A stretch of 64,000 nucleotides of DNA from Candidatus Latescibacterota bacterium (GCA_963422735.1 OY730476.1:3328001-3392000), one strand, 5' to 3'; shown: positions 8,323 through 18,610, counted from the stretch's first letter. Translations and numbers: made by a program. Notes: generated from the sequence alone by a model not told the origin.

Positions 8323-11300
8323 GTGGTGATGGCTTCGGCTGATTTTGTCCATTTACACGGTCACAGCGAATACAGTCTGCTCGATGGAGGGTGCCGGATC
8401 GGCGAGATGGCCGAGTTGGCGGCCGAGCACAAAATGCCAGCCTTGGCCATTACCGACCACGGCAACCTCTTTGGTGCCATCCAGCACTATCAGGCCTGCC
8501 AAGCGGCTGGCATTAACCCCATCATCGGCTGCGAGGTCTATGTAGCGATCGAAAGTCGCCACTTGCGCCAAGCCGCCCGCGGCCTGACCCACGCTTCCAA
8601 TCACCTCGTCCTGCTGGCCCAAAACGATACCGGCTACCGCAACCTGACCAAGCTCGTCTCCAAAGGCTACTTAGAAGGCTACTACTACAATCCCCGCATC
8701 GACAAAGAGATTTTGCGCCAACACGCCGACGGCCTGCTGTGCCTGTCGGCCTGCGTCAGCGGCGAAGTCGCCCATCTCATTCAGCGCGAGGGCGTATCCG
8801 CGGCGGAACGAGCCGCCCGCGAGTACATGGACATCTTTGGCGACAACTACTATCTGGAGATCCAGCGCCACGCCAACGACAGCAAAGCAAAGGTCAGAGA
8901 CGACCTCCCAAAAATCGAAGCAAAGGTCAACGACGGCCTCCTGAAGCTAGAAAAAAAGCTGGGCTTGCCCCTAGTCGCCACCAACGACTTTCACTTCCTG
9001 CACGCCGAAGACCACGCAGCCCATGACGCCCTGATCTGCATCCAGACTGGCAAGAAAATAGCCGAGACCAATCGCATGTGCTATCCCGACGGTCTCTACA
9101 TGAAAACGCCCGAGGAGATGTACGAACTGTTCGGCGATATGCCCCACGCCTTGGAGAACACCCTCGAGATTGCCGAAAAGTGCGACGTGCGGTTCGAATT
9201 CGGCGACTTCAAGCTGCCCACTTTTCCCAAGCCCAAGGGCTTTGACGACGACGGCCAATATCTCACCCACTTGGCCAACGAAGGCCTCAAACGACGCTAC
9301 GACCACATTGACGATAAGTTACAAGAGCGCCTCGACTACGAACTAAATGTCATCGTCCAGATGGGATACGCCGGCTACTTCCTCATCGTGTGGGACTACG
9401 TCCACTTTGCCCGCAACAACGGCATTTCCGTGGGCCCAGGACGAGGCTCGACTGCCGGCTGCCTAGTCGCCTATGCCTTGGGCATCACCAACACCGATCC
9501 CATCAAGTACAATCTGCTCTTCGAGCGCTTTCTCAGCTCCGAGCGGGCCGCCATGCCCGATATCGATATCGACTTTGCCGACACGGGCCGCGACCAGATC
9601 ATTCGCTACGTCATCGACAAGTACGGCGAGCAGAACGTCTCCCAGGTCATCACTTTTGCCACCATGGGTGCCAAGGCCGTCATCCGCGATGTGGGCCGCG
9701 TTTTGGGCATGGATTTCGGCGAAGTAGATCGCATAGCCAAACTGGTACCCAATGAACTCAAGATCTCCCTCGACAAAGCCATCGACACAGTCCCCGAACT
9801 CGAGCAGATGGCCGCAGCCTCCGACGAAAAAGGCCAGCTCATCGCCCACGCCCGCAGACTCGAAGGGATCTCCCGCCACGCCTCGGTGCATGCGGCCGCG
9901 GTCATTGTAGCCCCCTCGGACTTAACCGACTTCGTCCCCCTGTACAAATCCCCCAAAGACGGCCGTATCTCCACCCAGTTCGATGGAGAGACATGCGACG
10001 CGCTGGGCCTGCTCAAAATGGACTTTTTAGGGCTTAGGGAACTCTCCCTCATGGACGAGGCCGTCCGCCTCATCCGCCTCCGCATCCCCGACTTCGATCT
10101 AGAGAAAATCCCTTGGGACGACCAGGCCACTTTCGACCTGTTCGGCCGCGGCGAGACCATCGGCGTGTTCCAGTTTGAAAGCGGCGGCATGCGCGAGTAC
10201 TTGAGTCAGCTCGAGCCCGACAATATCGAGGACATCATCGCCATGAACGCCCTGTACCGGCCAGGCCCTATGGAGATGATCCCGCGCTATATCGCCCGCA
10301 AGCACGGCGAGGAACCCGCGGCTTACGACCACCCCGCTCTAGAGCCGATTCTCTCCGATACCTTCGGGGTGCTGGTTTACCAAGAGCAGGTCATGCAGGT
10401 GGCCCAAGCCTTGGCCAGTCTGTCGCTGGGTGAGGCTTATATAATGATTAAGGCCATCGGCAAGAAAAAGCCCGAAGAGATGGCCAAAATGAAAAAGGCC
10501 TTCATTGACGGGTGCTTGGCCAATGGGGTAGATCGCAAGACTGCGGATAAGGTTTTTGCTGCGGTCGAAGTATTCTCGGGCTACGGCTTCAACCGCTCGC
10601 ATTCGGCTCCTTATTCGGAAGTCGCCTACAAGAACGCCTATCTCAAGGCCAACTACCCCAAGGAGTACATGGCGGCCTCGCTGACCATGGCGCGCAACAA
10701 CACCGATACGCTCACCGTGCTTTTGGATGAGTGTCGCCGCATGGAAATCCCGGTCCTGCCGCCCGATGCCAATCAGAGCTCGCTCAACTTTACGCCGACT
10801 GATGGGGGCGTTCGCTACGGCCTAGCAGCGATCAAAAACGTCGGCGAGGGCGCAGCGCAGCGCATAGTCGAGACGCGGATTGCAGACGGGCCTTTTACCA
10901 CCCTGTTTGAGTTCTGCGAGCGCATCGATTTGCGCGCAGTCAACCGGCGCGTGGTCGAGAGTCTGGTTGCTGCTGGGGCATTGGACGGCCTTGAAGGCCA
11001 TCGCGCACAGAAAATGGAGGCGCTAGATCTGGCGTTAAAGGCCGCAGGCAAGGCCCAGGAAGACCGCGAGAAGGGGCAGATCAGCCTCTTCGACGGCGGC
11101 TCGTCCGAGCTGGTGGTGCAGGACCTGCCCGGGGTCGAGGAGTGGTCCGAGCGTGATAAACTGGCCAAGGAACGCGACCTGTTGGGCTTCTATATCTCCA
11201 GCCATCCGCTCAAGCCCTACGCCCGCGACCTAAAAAACTTCGCTCGGCCCCTAAGCGAGATAGAGGGACAGCGCAACGGTGCGCCACTGCGAGTCGGCGG

Positions 11301-11814
11301 CCTAGTCGAGGAGGTGCGCAAGCTCTTCGATCGCCGGGGCAATCCCTTTGCCTTTGTCACGCTCAAAGACCTCAAGGGCACGGGCGATATCGCGTTTTTC
11401 TCCGAAGCCTTCGCCAACCACCAACACCTACTCGTGGAAGGCGAAACCATCCTCGTAGATGGCCGCGTCTGCGAGCGCAACGGACGCCTGAGTTTACAGG
11501 CCGACCGCGCCCTGCCCCTCAAATCGGCGCGGGCGGAACTGACCAAGTCCGTCATCTTGTCATTGTCCTACCAGAAAGTGGGCGACCCCCTTCTCAGCCG
11601 GCTGCGCCACCTCTGCGAGCGCCACATGGGCGATTGCGAGTTGTGGCTCCAGCTCAAAAACGGCGACGAGCAGGACAAGATGGTCCGCTCGAAGACGATT
11701 CGCGTCGATCCCTGTGACGATTTGCTGCGCGGCATTGAGGAACTGATCGGTCCCCGATCCACCCGGCTGACGCCCAAGGTGCAAGTGCCCGTGGGCTTCC
11801 ACCATTCCAGTTAA
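8323..11814 (+). CDS. dnaE: DNA polymerase III alpha subunit
   Basis: PHP HGHSEYS/TDHGN, GPGRGS, MPDIDIDF, GLLKMDFLGL, YGFNRSH, C-terminal OB fold. Confidence 0.98.
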   Translation: MVMASADFVHLHGHSEYSLLDGGCRIGEMAELAAEHKMPALAITDHGNLFGAIQHYQACQAAGINPIIGCEVYVAIESRHLRQAARGLTHASNHLVLLAQNDTGYRNLTKLVSKGYLEGYYYNPRIDKEILRQHADGLLCLSACVSGEVAHLIQREGVSAAERAAREYMDIFGDNYYLEIQRHANDSKAKVRDDLPKIEAKVNDGLLKLEKKLGLPLVATNDFHFLHAEDHAAHDALICIQTGKKIAETNRMCYPDGLYMKTPEEMYELFGDMPHALENTLEIAEKCDVRFEFGDFKLPTFPKPKGFDDDGQYLTHLANEGLKRRYDHIDDKLQERLDYELNVIVQMGYAGYFLIVWDYVHFARNNGISVGPGRGSTAGCLVAYALGITNTDPIKYNLLFERFLSSERAAMPDIDIDFADTGRDQIIRYVIDKYGEQNVSQVITFATMGAKAVIRDVGRVLGMDFGEVDRIAKLVPNELKISLDKAIDTVPELEQMAAASDEKGQLIAHARRLEGISRHASVHAAAVIVAPSDLTDFVPLYKSPKDGRISTQFDGETCDALGLLKMDFLGLRELSLMDEAVRLIRLRIPDFDLEKIPWDDQATFDLFGRGETIGVFQFESGGMREYLSQLEPDNIEDIIAMNALYRPGPMEMIPRYIARKHGEEPAAYDHPALEPILSDTFGVLVYQEQVMQVAQALASLSLGEAYIMIKAIGKKKPEEMAKMKKAFIDGCLANGVDRKTADKVFAAVEVFSGYGFNRSHSAPYSEVAYKNAYLKANYPKEYMAASLTMARNNTDTLTVLLDECRRMEIPVLPPDANQSSLNFTPTDGGVRYGLAAIKNVGEGAAQRIVETRIADGPFTTLFEFCERIDLRAVNRRVVESLVAAGALDGLEGHRAQKMEALDLALKAAGKAQEDREKGQISLFDGGSSELVVQDLPGVEEWSERDKLAKERDLLGFYISSHPLKPYARDLKNFARPLSEIEGQRNGAPLRVGGLVEEVRKLFDRRGNPFAFVTLKDLKGTGDIAFFSEAFANHQHLLVEGETILVDGRVCERNGRLSLQADRALPLKSARAELTKSVILSLSYQKVGDPLLSRLRHLCERHMGDCELWLQLKNGDEQDKMVRSKTIRVDPCDDLLRGIEELIGPRSTRLTPKVQVPVGFHHSS

Positions 11815-11829
11815 ATACAGGACCGTACT

Positions 11830-12387
11830 ATGTGCGCAATGGCGATCAAAGGGCTTGTGAGCGGGTTGGTACTTCTAGCGCTGGGTTGTGGCTCCCCCGA
11901 GCCTCAAGGGGACAAGCTCTTCCCCCCGCAGTCTGCTAAGTGGAACGACTATCAGGGCCAAAGCGTGGATTTGCGCGATTACGAGGGCAAGGTCGTCTTG
12001 GTCAACTTCTGGGCGACTTGGTGCGGCCCGTGCCGCTACGAGATCCCAGCCTTGGTCGAGATGAGCAACGAGTACGACCCCGAGCAGGTGGCGATCATTG
12101 GCATTTCCTTAGATCAAGGCCCCACCGAGCGCGTCCTACCCCTAATAGGCGAGTTCGTCGGGCGCTTGGCCATCAACTACCCGGTGGTTCACGACAGCCA
12201 ACACGAGCTGCTCCGCGCCTTCTACAAAAAAGACTTGGCGACTGTGCCCGTGCCGCTCACCTTTATTTTTGACCGCGAAGGCCGCGTGTACAAGATGCAC
12301 TTAGGCGTACCGCAAGACAGGAGTGGCCGGCCCAATCCCCGCGGGGTATTAGGCGAGGATATCGATGCCTTGTTGGCCCGCTCTTGA
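11830..12387 (+). CDS. TlpA/ResA family disulfide reductase lipoprotein
   Basis: Lipobox LALGC, VNFWATWCGPC. Confidence 0.9.
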   Translation: MCAMAIKGLVSGLVLLALGCGSPEPQGDKLFPPQSAKWNDYQGQSVDLRDYEGKVVLVNFWATWCGPCRYEIPALVEMSNEYDPEQVAIIGISLDQGPTERVLPLIGEFVGRLAINYPVVHDSQHELLRAFYKKDLATVPVPLTFIFDREGRVYKMHLGVPQDRSGRPNPRGVLGEDIDALLARS

Positions 12388-12476
12388 TTAGTGGTTAGTG
12401 GTTAGTGGCCACTCCCAACCCCCTCGGCCCTTGCGGTGCAGGGACTAACTACTGCTCACTGGCCACCAACCACTAA
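12388..12476. repeat. Heptamer-repeat hairpin element
   Basis: (TTAGTGG)x3 at 12388-12408; degenerate inverted CCACTAA-type units at about 12443-12476. Confidence 0.65.
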
Positions 12477-12481
12477 GAGCG

Positions 12482-12518
12482 AAAGAAGGGATGGTCCGCA
12501 TGGGACCATCCCTTCTTT
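12482..12518. terminator. Bidirectional intrinsic terminator
   Basis: AAAGAAGGGATGGTCC-GCATG-GGACCATCCCTTCTTT between convergent genes. Confidence 0.85.
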
Positions 12519-12542
12519 GCATGTAGGCGATTGCGCATTGCC

Positions 12543-12836
12543 CTAGTGGTTGGAGTAGTGCTCCTCTAATACTTGCTTGCCGTGGCGCTGGACCAGCACC
12601 TCTTTGAACTTAGCAATGGAGTCGCCGGCGCGCAGGTGCTCGAGCATCGCGCTCTTGGACATGACCATCATCTTGCCATTTTTGTAGTCGGGGAAGCGAC
12701 AAAAGCTGGATTCGACTGGCTCGCCAGTGACGCAGCAGGTGTCTTCCATCTCTAGCTCGACCTGCGTGCCGGGGTCAAACGAAAATTCAGTGTTGTCGTC
12801 GTCGCTGTTGGATTGGATTTTTTTGGGTCGTGCCAT
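12543..12836 (-). CDS. Small hypothetical protein
   Basis: ATG at 12836 preceded by GAGGAG RBS; 97 aa; followed by a terminator. Confidence 0.75.
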   Translation of the reverse strand: MARPKKIQSNSDDDNTEFSFDPGTQVELEMEDTCCVTGEPVESSFCRFPDYKNGKMMVMSKSAMLEHLRAGDSIAKFKEVLVQRHGKQVLEEHYSNH

Positions 12837-12893
12837 GCTGTTCTCCTCGTGAAATGAACTTAAAAAATAAGGAAATACCACCGCTGAGCAAGC

Positions 12894-13655
12894 TCAGTAC
12901 GGCAGATCGTCAAAGCGCGACAGCACGTCCGGCCCGTCGTTGGTGACGGCCACGGTGTGCTCGTATTGAGCCGAGAGCTTGCCGTCGGCTGTGACGGCCG
13001 TCCAGTCGTCGTCGAGCACGCACGTGTCGTGTGCGCCCTCGTTGACCATCGGCTCAATGGTGAAGACCATGCCGTTTTGCAGGCGACGGCCCGTGCCGGC
13101 CTTGCCGTAGTGGAGCAACTGGGGTTCCTCGTGGAAGTTGCGGCCAATGCCGTGGCCGCAGTACGTGCGCACGATGGAAAAGCCGTGCGCTTCGACATAG
13201 CTTTGGATGGCGTGGCCAATGTCGCCGAGGCGTCGCCCGGGCGTGCAAGCGGCCAATCCCTCCTCTAAGCTCTGGCGCGTGGCGTTGAGCAGGCGTTGGG
13301 CCTTGGGGGTCACGCAGCCGGCTTTCAAGGTGACGTTCATGTCGCCGTGGAAGCCATCCTTTTTAACGGCAATGTCAACGGCGAGGATGTCCCCGTCTTG
13401 CAGGACGCGGGATCCGGGGATGCCGTGGACGACTTCGTCGTTGACCGAGATGCAGATGCTTCGTGGAAAGCCGCGGTAGCCTAAGGCACTGGCAACCGCC
13501 CCTTGGCTGCGGATGTAGCGGTCAGCTATTTGGTCGAGGTGGAGGGTAGTAACCCCGGGCGCGAGGACTTCTTCGACGCGGAGCATAGCTTCGGCGGCAA
13601 TGCGACAACTGGCGCGGATGCGGTTGATTTCCAAGGCTGATTTGAGATGTATCAT
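12894..13655 (-). CDS. map: Methionine aminopeptidase type I
   Basis: SVNDEVVHGIP, GHGIG, FHEEP, FTIEPM, SAQYEHT. Confidence 0.97.
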   Translation of the reverse strand: MIHLKSALEINRIRASCRIAAEAMLRVEEVLAPGVTTLHLDQIADRYIRSQGAVASALGYRGFPRSICISVNDEVVHGIPGSRVLQDGDILAVDIAVKKDGFHGDMNVTLKAGCVTPKAQRLLNATRQSLEEGLAACTPGRRLGDIGHAIQSYVEAHGFSIVRTYCGHGIGRNFHEEPQLLHYGKAGTGRRLQNGMVFTIEPMVNEGAHDTCVLDDDWTAVTADGKLSAQYEHTVAVTNDGPDVLSRFDDLPY

Positions 13656-13736
13656 AGAGATTAAAAATCGGGCATTGAGCGGAAAAATGTCAAGCTCTTA
13701 ACTTAGCGACTACGAAAACGCAACTAGCTAGCGACC

Positions 13737-14759
13737 ATGAAAACGCCCCGAGTATCTGTTCTACTCCCTGTGTTCAATGCATCTACCACGCTGGCGGAAA
13801 CTTTGCAGAGCATCCAAGCGCAGAGCTGCGAAGATTTTGAGGTCGTGGCCATAGACGACGGCTCGGAGGACGGGAGCGGGGACATACTATTAGAATGGAG
13901 TCGCCGCGATCCTCGCTTTAGGGTTTTGCTCACCGACCACCAAGGCATTGTCGAGGCCCCTAACCGGGGCTTGGCCTTGTGTCAGAGCGCGTACGTGGCA
14001 CGCATGGACGCCGACGACCGGATGCACCCCGAGCGCTTGGAAAAACAACTTGCTTGGTTGGAAAGAGATCTTGGCTTGAGCGTAGTGAGTTGCTTGGTGG
14101 AGATTTTTCCGCGCGAGGAGACCGGGGAGGGGATGTTGGTGTACGAGGCTTGGTTGAACGGCTTGGTGGATAGCGCAGAGATTGAACGAGAGTTTTTCGT
14201 CGAGAGTCCCATCGCCAATCCGTCGGCCATGATGCGCCGCGAGGACTTGGTGGACTTGGGGGGCTACCAAGATCGGGGATGGCCGGAGGACTACGATTTG
14301 TGGTTGCGCTATCGGGCGGCGGGCCGGTGCTTTGCCAAGGTGCCGGAGGTCTTGCACTACTGGCGCGAGCATCCGCGGCGGGCCACACACGTGCAAGGCC
14401 GCTATTCAGTGGAAAATTTCCTCCGCGCTAAAGCGCATTATCTTTGCGCCGGGCCGCTGCAAGAGCGAGACGGGCTAGCAGTCTGGGGTGCGGGCAAGAC
14501 CGGCCGACGGCTCGCCAAACACTTGGAACGCGAAGGCCGCGCTCCCGATGTGTTTGTCGATATCGCGCCCAAGAAAATCGGCGGCACCTTGCGGCGCAAG
14601 TCCGTAATTGGGCCGGAGGACTTGCTGGCTTGGTGGACGCGCCACGAGCGGCCGATTCTATTGGCGGCTGTGGCGTCGCGGGGAGCGCGGGCGCTGATTC
14701 GGGAGGCGTTGGATGGATGGGGGCTGATAGAGGGGAATGATTTTTTATGTGTGGCTTAA
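13737..14759 (+). CDS. Glycosyltransferase family 2
   Basis: VSVLLPVFN, IDDGSED, RMDADD, EDYDLW. Confidence 0.9.
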   Translation: MKTPRVSVLLPVFNASTTLAETLQSIQAQSCEDFEVVAIDDGSEDGSGDILLEWSRRDPRFRVLLTDHQGIVEAPNRGLALCQSAYVARMDADDRMHPERLEKQLAWLERDLGLSVVSCLVEIFPREETGEGMLVYEAWLNGLVDSAEIEREFFVESPIANPSAMMRREDLVDLGGYQDRGWPEDYDLWLRYRAAGRCFAKVPEVLHYWREHPRRATHVQGRYSVENFLRAKAHYLCAGPLQERDGLAVWGAGKTGRRLAKHLEREGRAPDVFVDIAPKKIGGTLRRKSVIGPEDLLAWWTRHERPILLAAVASRGARALIREALDGWGLIEGNDFLCVA

Positions 14760-14781
14760 CAAGAACAAGAAAGGAAGCAAT

Positions 14782-15591
14782 ATGACGGTGCAATACGCTC
14801 TCAACACATCGACGATCCGCCCGGCGTCGCTGATGGAGAAAATCCGCATCGCCGGACAGACCGGCTACGAGGGTATCGAACTGTGGAGCGATGACTTGAC
14901 TGCACACGAGCAGCAGGGTGGCTCGTGCGCGGACGTGCGGCAGGCACTGGCCGACTACGGGTTGGCGGTGCCGACCGTCATTGCGGTCCATGGCTGGTTG
15001 GGGTCTGAGGGCGCGGCGCGGGCGCAGGCGTTGGAAGAGGTTCGGCGGCGGATGTCGCAGGCGGTAGCGGTGGGGGCCGAGTTTATCGTCGCCAGCCCGT
15101 CGCTAGATACCTGCGACTTGAGCCGGGGCGGTGCCGATTACCGCGAATTGCTGGAGATCGGCAAAGAAATCGGTGTGCGGCCTGCTATGGAGTACCTAGG
15201 CTTTGTACAAAGCGTGTACACTATTGACCAAGCTTGGCAGATTGCCGAGGACGCCGACCATCCAGATGTAAGTTTGATCATGGATACGTTCCACATTCTA
15301 CGCGGCGGCGGATCCATTGCGAGCATTGCCAAGGTGCCCGGTGCCAAGGTTGCGGTCTGGCACTGGAACGACGCCCCAGGTGGCAAACCCTTTGCCGAAC
15401 AAAGCGACGCCGACCGGGTGATGCCGGGCGACGGGGTCGGGCCACTGCGCGAGATCGAGCGGCTGGCACGAGCGCAGGGATACGAGGGGTTTGTGTCGTT
15501 GGAGTTGTTTAATCCGGGGCTATGGGAACAGGATCCGGCGGATGTCGCCCGGATTGGTTTGGAGAAGATGCGGGCGTATTTCGCCGGCTAA
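14782..15591 (+). CDS. Sugar phosphate isomerase/epimerase (xylose isomerase-like TIM barrel)
   Basis: GYEGIELW, MEYLG, MDTFH, HWND, RVMPGDG, SLELF. Confidence 0.85.
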   Translation: MTVQYALNTSTIRPASLMEKIRIAGQTGYEGIELWSDDLTAHEQQGGSCADVRQALADYGLAVPTVIAVHGWLGSEGAARAQALEEVRRRMSQAVAVGAEFIVASPSLDTCDLSRGGADYRELLEIGKEIGVRPAMEYLGFVQSVYTIDQAWQIAEDADHPDVSLIMDTFHILRGGGSIASIAKVPGAKVAVWHWNDAPGGKPFAEQSDADRVMPGDGVGPLREIERLARAQGYEGFVSLELFNPGLWEQDPADVARIGLEKMRAYFAG

Positions 15592-15609
15592 GTGCAGCCC
15601 ACCCCCGTC

Positions 15610-16113
15610 CTATAACCCCAGAATCTCGCGCGTTTTTTGCGGCAGCGCCCGCCAGTTGGCGATGAGGTAACGGTTGCCATCGACATCCTCGATGATGGCC
15701 CGGCCGCCGGAGAGCATGCGCACATTGGTGCGATAGCTGCGGATTTCGAGCTGGCGAGGGCCGCTGGTGGTTTCGATCTGGCCGCGCAGCACCCCGAATT
15801 CCTCGTCGAGATTGTTGAAAGCGAGGACCTGCGGGTGGAAGTAAATCTTCCCGAGCTCGTCTAGGAGTGCTTGGCGGCTTTGGTCGTCGAGCTGCTGCGG
15901 GTCTTCGATTATGCCGAGTTCTTGGTCTTCGGCGGCAAAGACGCCGACATAGCGGTCGGACTCTTCTAACGGGAAGGCGCGGCGGATCTTGAGGTCAGTG
16001 TATTCCTCACCGTCGAGTCTGAGAATCAAGCTGCCTCGCTCGGAGCGGCTGAAGCGCATCTTTCGCGGGTTGAGCAGAAAATCCTCGTAGGAATAGCTGT
16101 GTGTCTCGCTCAT
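15610..16113 (-). CDS. DUF1854 domain protein
   Basis: RRAFPL..YVGV, ELG.YF.P, IEDVDGNRY; overlaps the stop of the ABC transporter gene. Confidence 0.8.
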   Translation of the reverse strand: MSETHSYSYEDFLLNPRKMRFSRSERGSLILRLDGEEYTDLKIRRAFPLEESDRYVGVFAAEDQELGIIEDPQQLDDQSRQALLDELGKIYFHPQVLAFNNLDEEFGVLRGQIETTSGPRQLEIRSYRTNVRMLSGGRAIIEDVDGNRYLIANWRALPQKTREILGL

Positions 16114-18401
16114 AGCGCCCGTACTTTCGCCATTTCGGTTTGCATATTGACCAGCCGGCGATAGACGCCGTCCTCCATATTGAGCAACTCTTCGTGGGTG
16201 CCGACCTCGGCGATGCGCCCTCGTTCTAACACCAGCAGTCGGTCGGCGTTTTTTAGCGTTGAGAGCCGGTGGGCGATGGCAAAAGTCGTGCGGCCGGCGA
16301 CTAGCCGCTCAAGCGCTTCCTGGATCTCGAATTCGGTCTGGGTATCAACCGAGGCGGTGGCCTCGTCGAGGATCAGGATGCGCGGATTGCCGATTAGGGC
16401 GCGGGCAATAGAAATTCGCTGGCGCTCTCCGCCGGAGAGCCGACCACCGCGCTCTCCGACTTGGGTGTCGTAGCCATCGGGAAAACTCATGATGAACTTG
16501 TGGGCGTTGGCCGCGCGGGCCGCCTCGATGACCTCTTGGCGCGTCGCGTTGGGGTGGCCGTAGGCGATATTGCTGGCGATGGAGCCTTGGAAAAGCAAAG
16601 GCTCTTGCAAGACCACGCCGATTTGGCCGCGCAGTGCCTGCTGTTTGAGCCGGGTAATAGGGTGCCCGTCGATGCGGACTTGGCCATCAGTGGCATCGTA
16701 GAACCGCGAAATGAGGTTGACCAAGGTTGACTTGCCAGCACCGCTGGGACCAACGATGCCGATCATCTCGCCGGGTTGGGCCTTAAAGTGGATGCGGTCT
16801 AGTATCCTAGCTGAGCCGTCGTACGTGAAGCTGACGTTGCGAAACTCTACTTCGCCTGTAAGCAGGCCGGGATCCATGGCGTCGGGGTCATCTTGGACTT
16901 CGGGCTCGGTGTCGATGATCTCAAAGACGCGCTCGGCGGTTGTCGCCGCAGCCTCTAGCTGCTCGGTGAGGTTGCACAGCGAGCGCACCGGCGCGTAGAA
17001 CATGACCATGTACGAGATAAAAGCCTGCAACTCGCCCAAGGTCAGCGCGTTGCCGAGCACTCGGTTGCCGCCGAACCACCACAGGATAATTGAGCCGACT
17101 GAGGTGGTAAAGGAGATCGTCGGAATGTAATAGGATCGCATCTTGAAGGCGGTCATCCGCGATTCGCGCAGGTCAATATTGCGCTCGTTGAAGCGGTCGA
17201 GTTCGCGGTCTTCTTGGGCAAAGGCTTTGACGACCTTAGCACCGGGGATGGTGTCGGCGAGCATGGCGTTGAGAGTAGCGATGCGACGCCATATTCGGTG
17301 GAAAACCCAGTGGATGCGGTTGCGGTAGATAATGGTGCCGATGATCATGAAGGGAATTGGGATTAGCGACAAAAGCGCCAATTCCCAATTCATTACAAAT
17401 AGCATCGTGCAGATGCCGACGATGGTCAGCCCGTCGATGACGATGTCTTGGAACCCCGAGGTGATAAAGCTGCGCATGCGCTCGGTGTCGCTGGTGACTC
17501 GGGTCATGATCCGACCGGTGCTGAGCTTGTTGTAGAACGTCAGTGACAGCGCTTGCAAGTGTTGGAAAATTTGCATCTGCAAATCGTACACGACGCGCTG
17601 GCCGAGCCACCCTAGAGCGTACATCCGTACGCCGCTGATGATGCCGCGGCCGATGTAGATACCGAGCAGGCCGATCACGACCCACAGCAGGAATTGGACG
17701 CTCGCGGTCGGGGCCGAAGTTGCCTCGCCCTCGGCGATGCCCGCGGCCTCGTATTCGCCGAGGACCGGGATGATGACATCGTCGATGAGGATGCGGTTGA
17801 GCTGGGGTGGCAGCAGGCCGATGGCCGTCAGCACAATCGTCAGCGTGAACCCGATCAGTGCCCGGCTTTTATAGGGCTTGATATAGGAAAACAACCGCCA
17901 GAAGGTCTCGGTCTGGCGCAGGCAGTTGGGGCAGACTTTGGAGCCGGAGCGGAGCGCGCGGCCGCAGGTGGGGCAGTGCTCTACTACTTTGACCGGATCG
18001 ACATGTGGCGGTGCGTCCTCCTCTGCGTCTTCTTCCTTGACCAAGCCAGCACCTTCGATGGCTTGGGGCACTCCGGAGAATTTGTAGTACGCACTCTGCG
18101 AAAAGCGCAGCAGTTCGACAGTTTCATCCTCTAACTCGACGACGAGTGCACCGCTGCCCACGTAGTTGCGGGTCTGGATGCCTTGCACTTCGTCCAAGCC
18201 GAGACGCACGGTCTCGGGTTTATCTGCGCCATTGGGGTGAAAGACGAGCATCCGCTCATCGGTGAGAGCAAACCAAGAGTCGCCGTACTGGCCGTCGGGA
18301 CGAATGTCGGCGGCTAGGAGGACGATGAGCAGCTCGCCGGGTTGCAATTCGCCGCGGATGTGGGGCAATAGGCGTTCGGGTATCGGTTCGACTAGATCCA
18401 A
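16110..18401 (-). CDS. Fused ABC transporter (TMD+NBD) with N-terminal soluble domain and Zn-ribbon
   Basis: GPSGAGKS, LSGGERQR, ILDEAT, AHRLST; CPTC..CPNC before the TMD. Confidence 0.92.
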   Translation of the reverse strand: MDLVEPIPERLLPHIRGELQPGELLIVLLAADIRPDGQYGDSWFALTDERMLVFHPNGADKPETVRLGLDEVQGIQTRNYVGSGALVVELEDETVELLRFSQSAYYKFSGVPQAIEGAGLVKEEDAEEDAPPHVDPVKVVEHCPTCGRALRSGSKVCPNCLRQTETFWRLFSYIKPYKSRALIGFTLTIVLTAIGLLPPQLNRILIDDVIIPVLGEYEAAGIAEGEATSAPTASVQFLLWVVIGLLGIYIGRGIISGVRMYALGWLGQRVVYDLQMQIFQHLQALSLTFYNKLSTGRIMTRVTSDTERMRSFITSGFQDIVIDGLTIVGICTMLFVMNWELALLSLIPIPFMIIGTIIYRNRIHWVFHRIWRRIATLNAMLADTIPGAKVVKAFAQEDRELDRFNERNIDLRESRMTAFKMRSYYIPTISFTTSVGSIILWWFGGNRVLGNALTLGELQAFISYMVMFYAPVRSLCNLTEQLEAAATTAERVFEIIDTEPEVQDDPDAMDPGLLTGEVEFRNVSFTYDGSARILDRIHFKAQPGEMIGIVGPSGAGKSTLVNLISRFYDATDGQVRIDGHPITRLKQQALRGQIGVVLQEPLLFQGSIASNIAYGHPNATRQEVIEAARAANAHKFIMSFPDGYDTQVGERGGRLSGGERQRISIARALIGNPRILILDEATASVDTQTEFEIQEALERLVAGRTTFAIAHRLSTLKNADRLLVLERGRIAEVGTHEELLNMEDGVYRRLVNMQTEMAKVRAL

Positions 18402-18610
18402 AACGAGCCTATCCTATTGTTTAAACCGTGATTTGTATTGGGGGAGGAGTGAGGCTCCAAGGAGGGCGAGAGACTATGTGGGCGTCACTATCTAAAATTA
18501 AGAGTTTTTAACAAAAGGGCAAACTCGGTGCGACTCAAGCGAGTTGCCCGATGGTTGTTTAATGGTTGTATTGAGAGCGCACGACAAAGCAACCAAAAAA
18601 GAGGAAGGCT

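Noticed and set aside
8323-11814. Inteins in dnaE, recA or dnaG
   Set aside because: Protein lengths are normal and no splice-junction or LAGLIDADG motifs were seen
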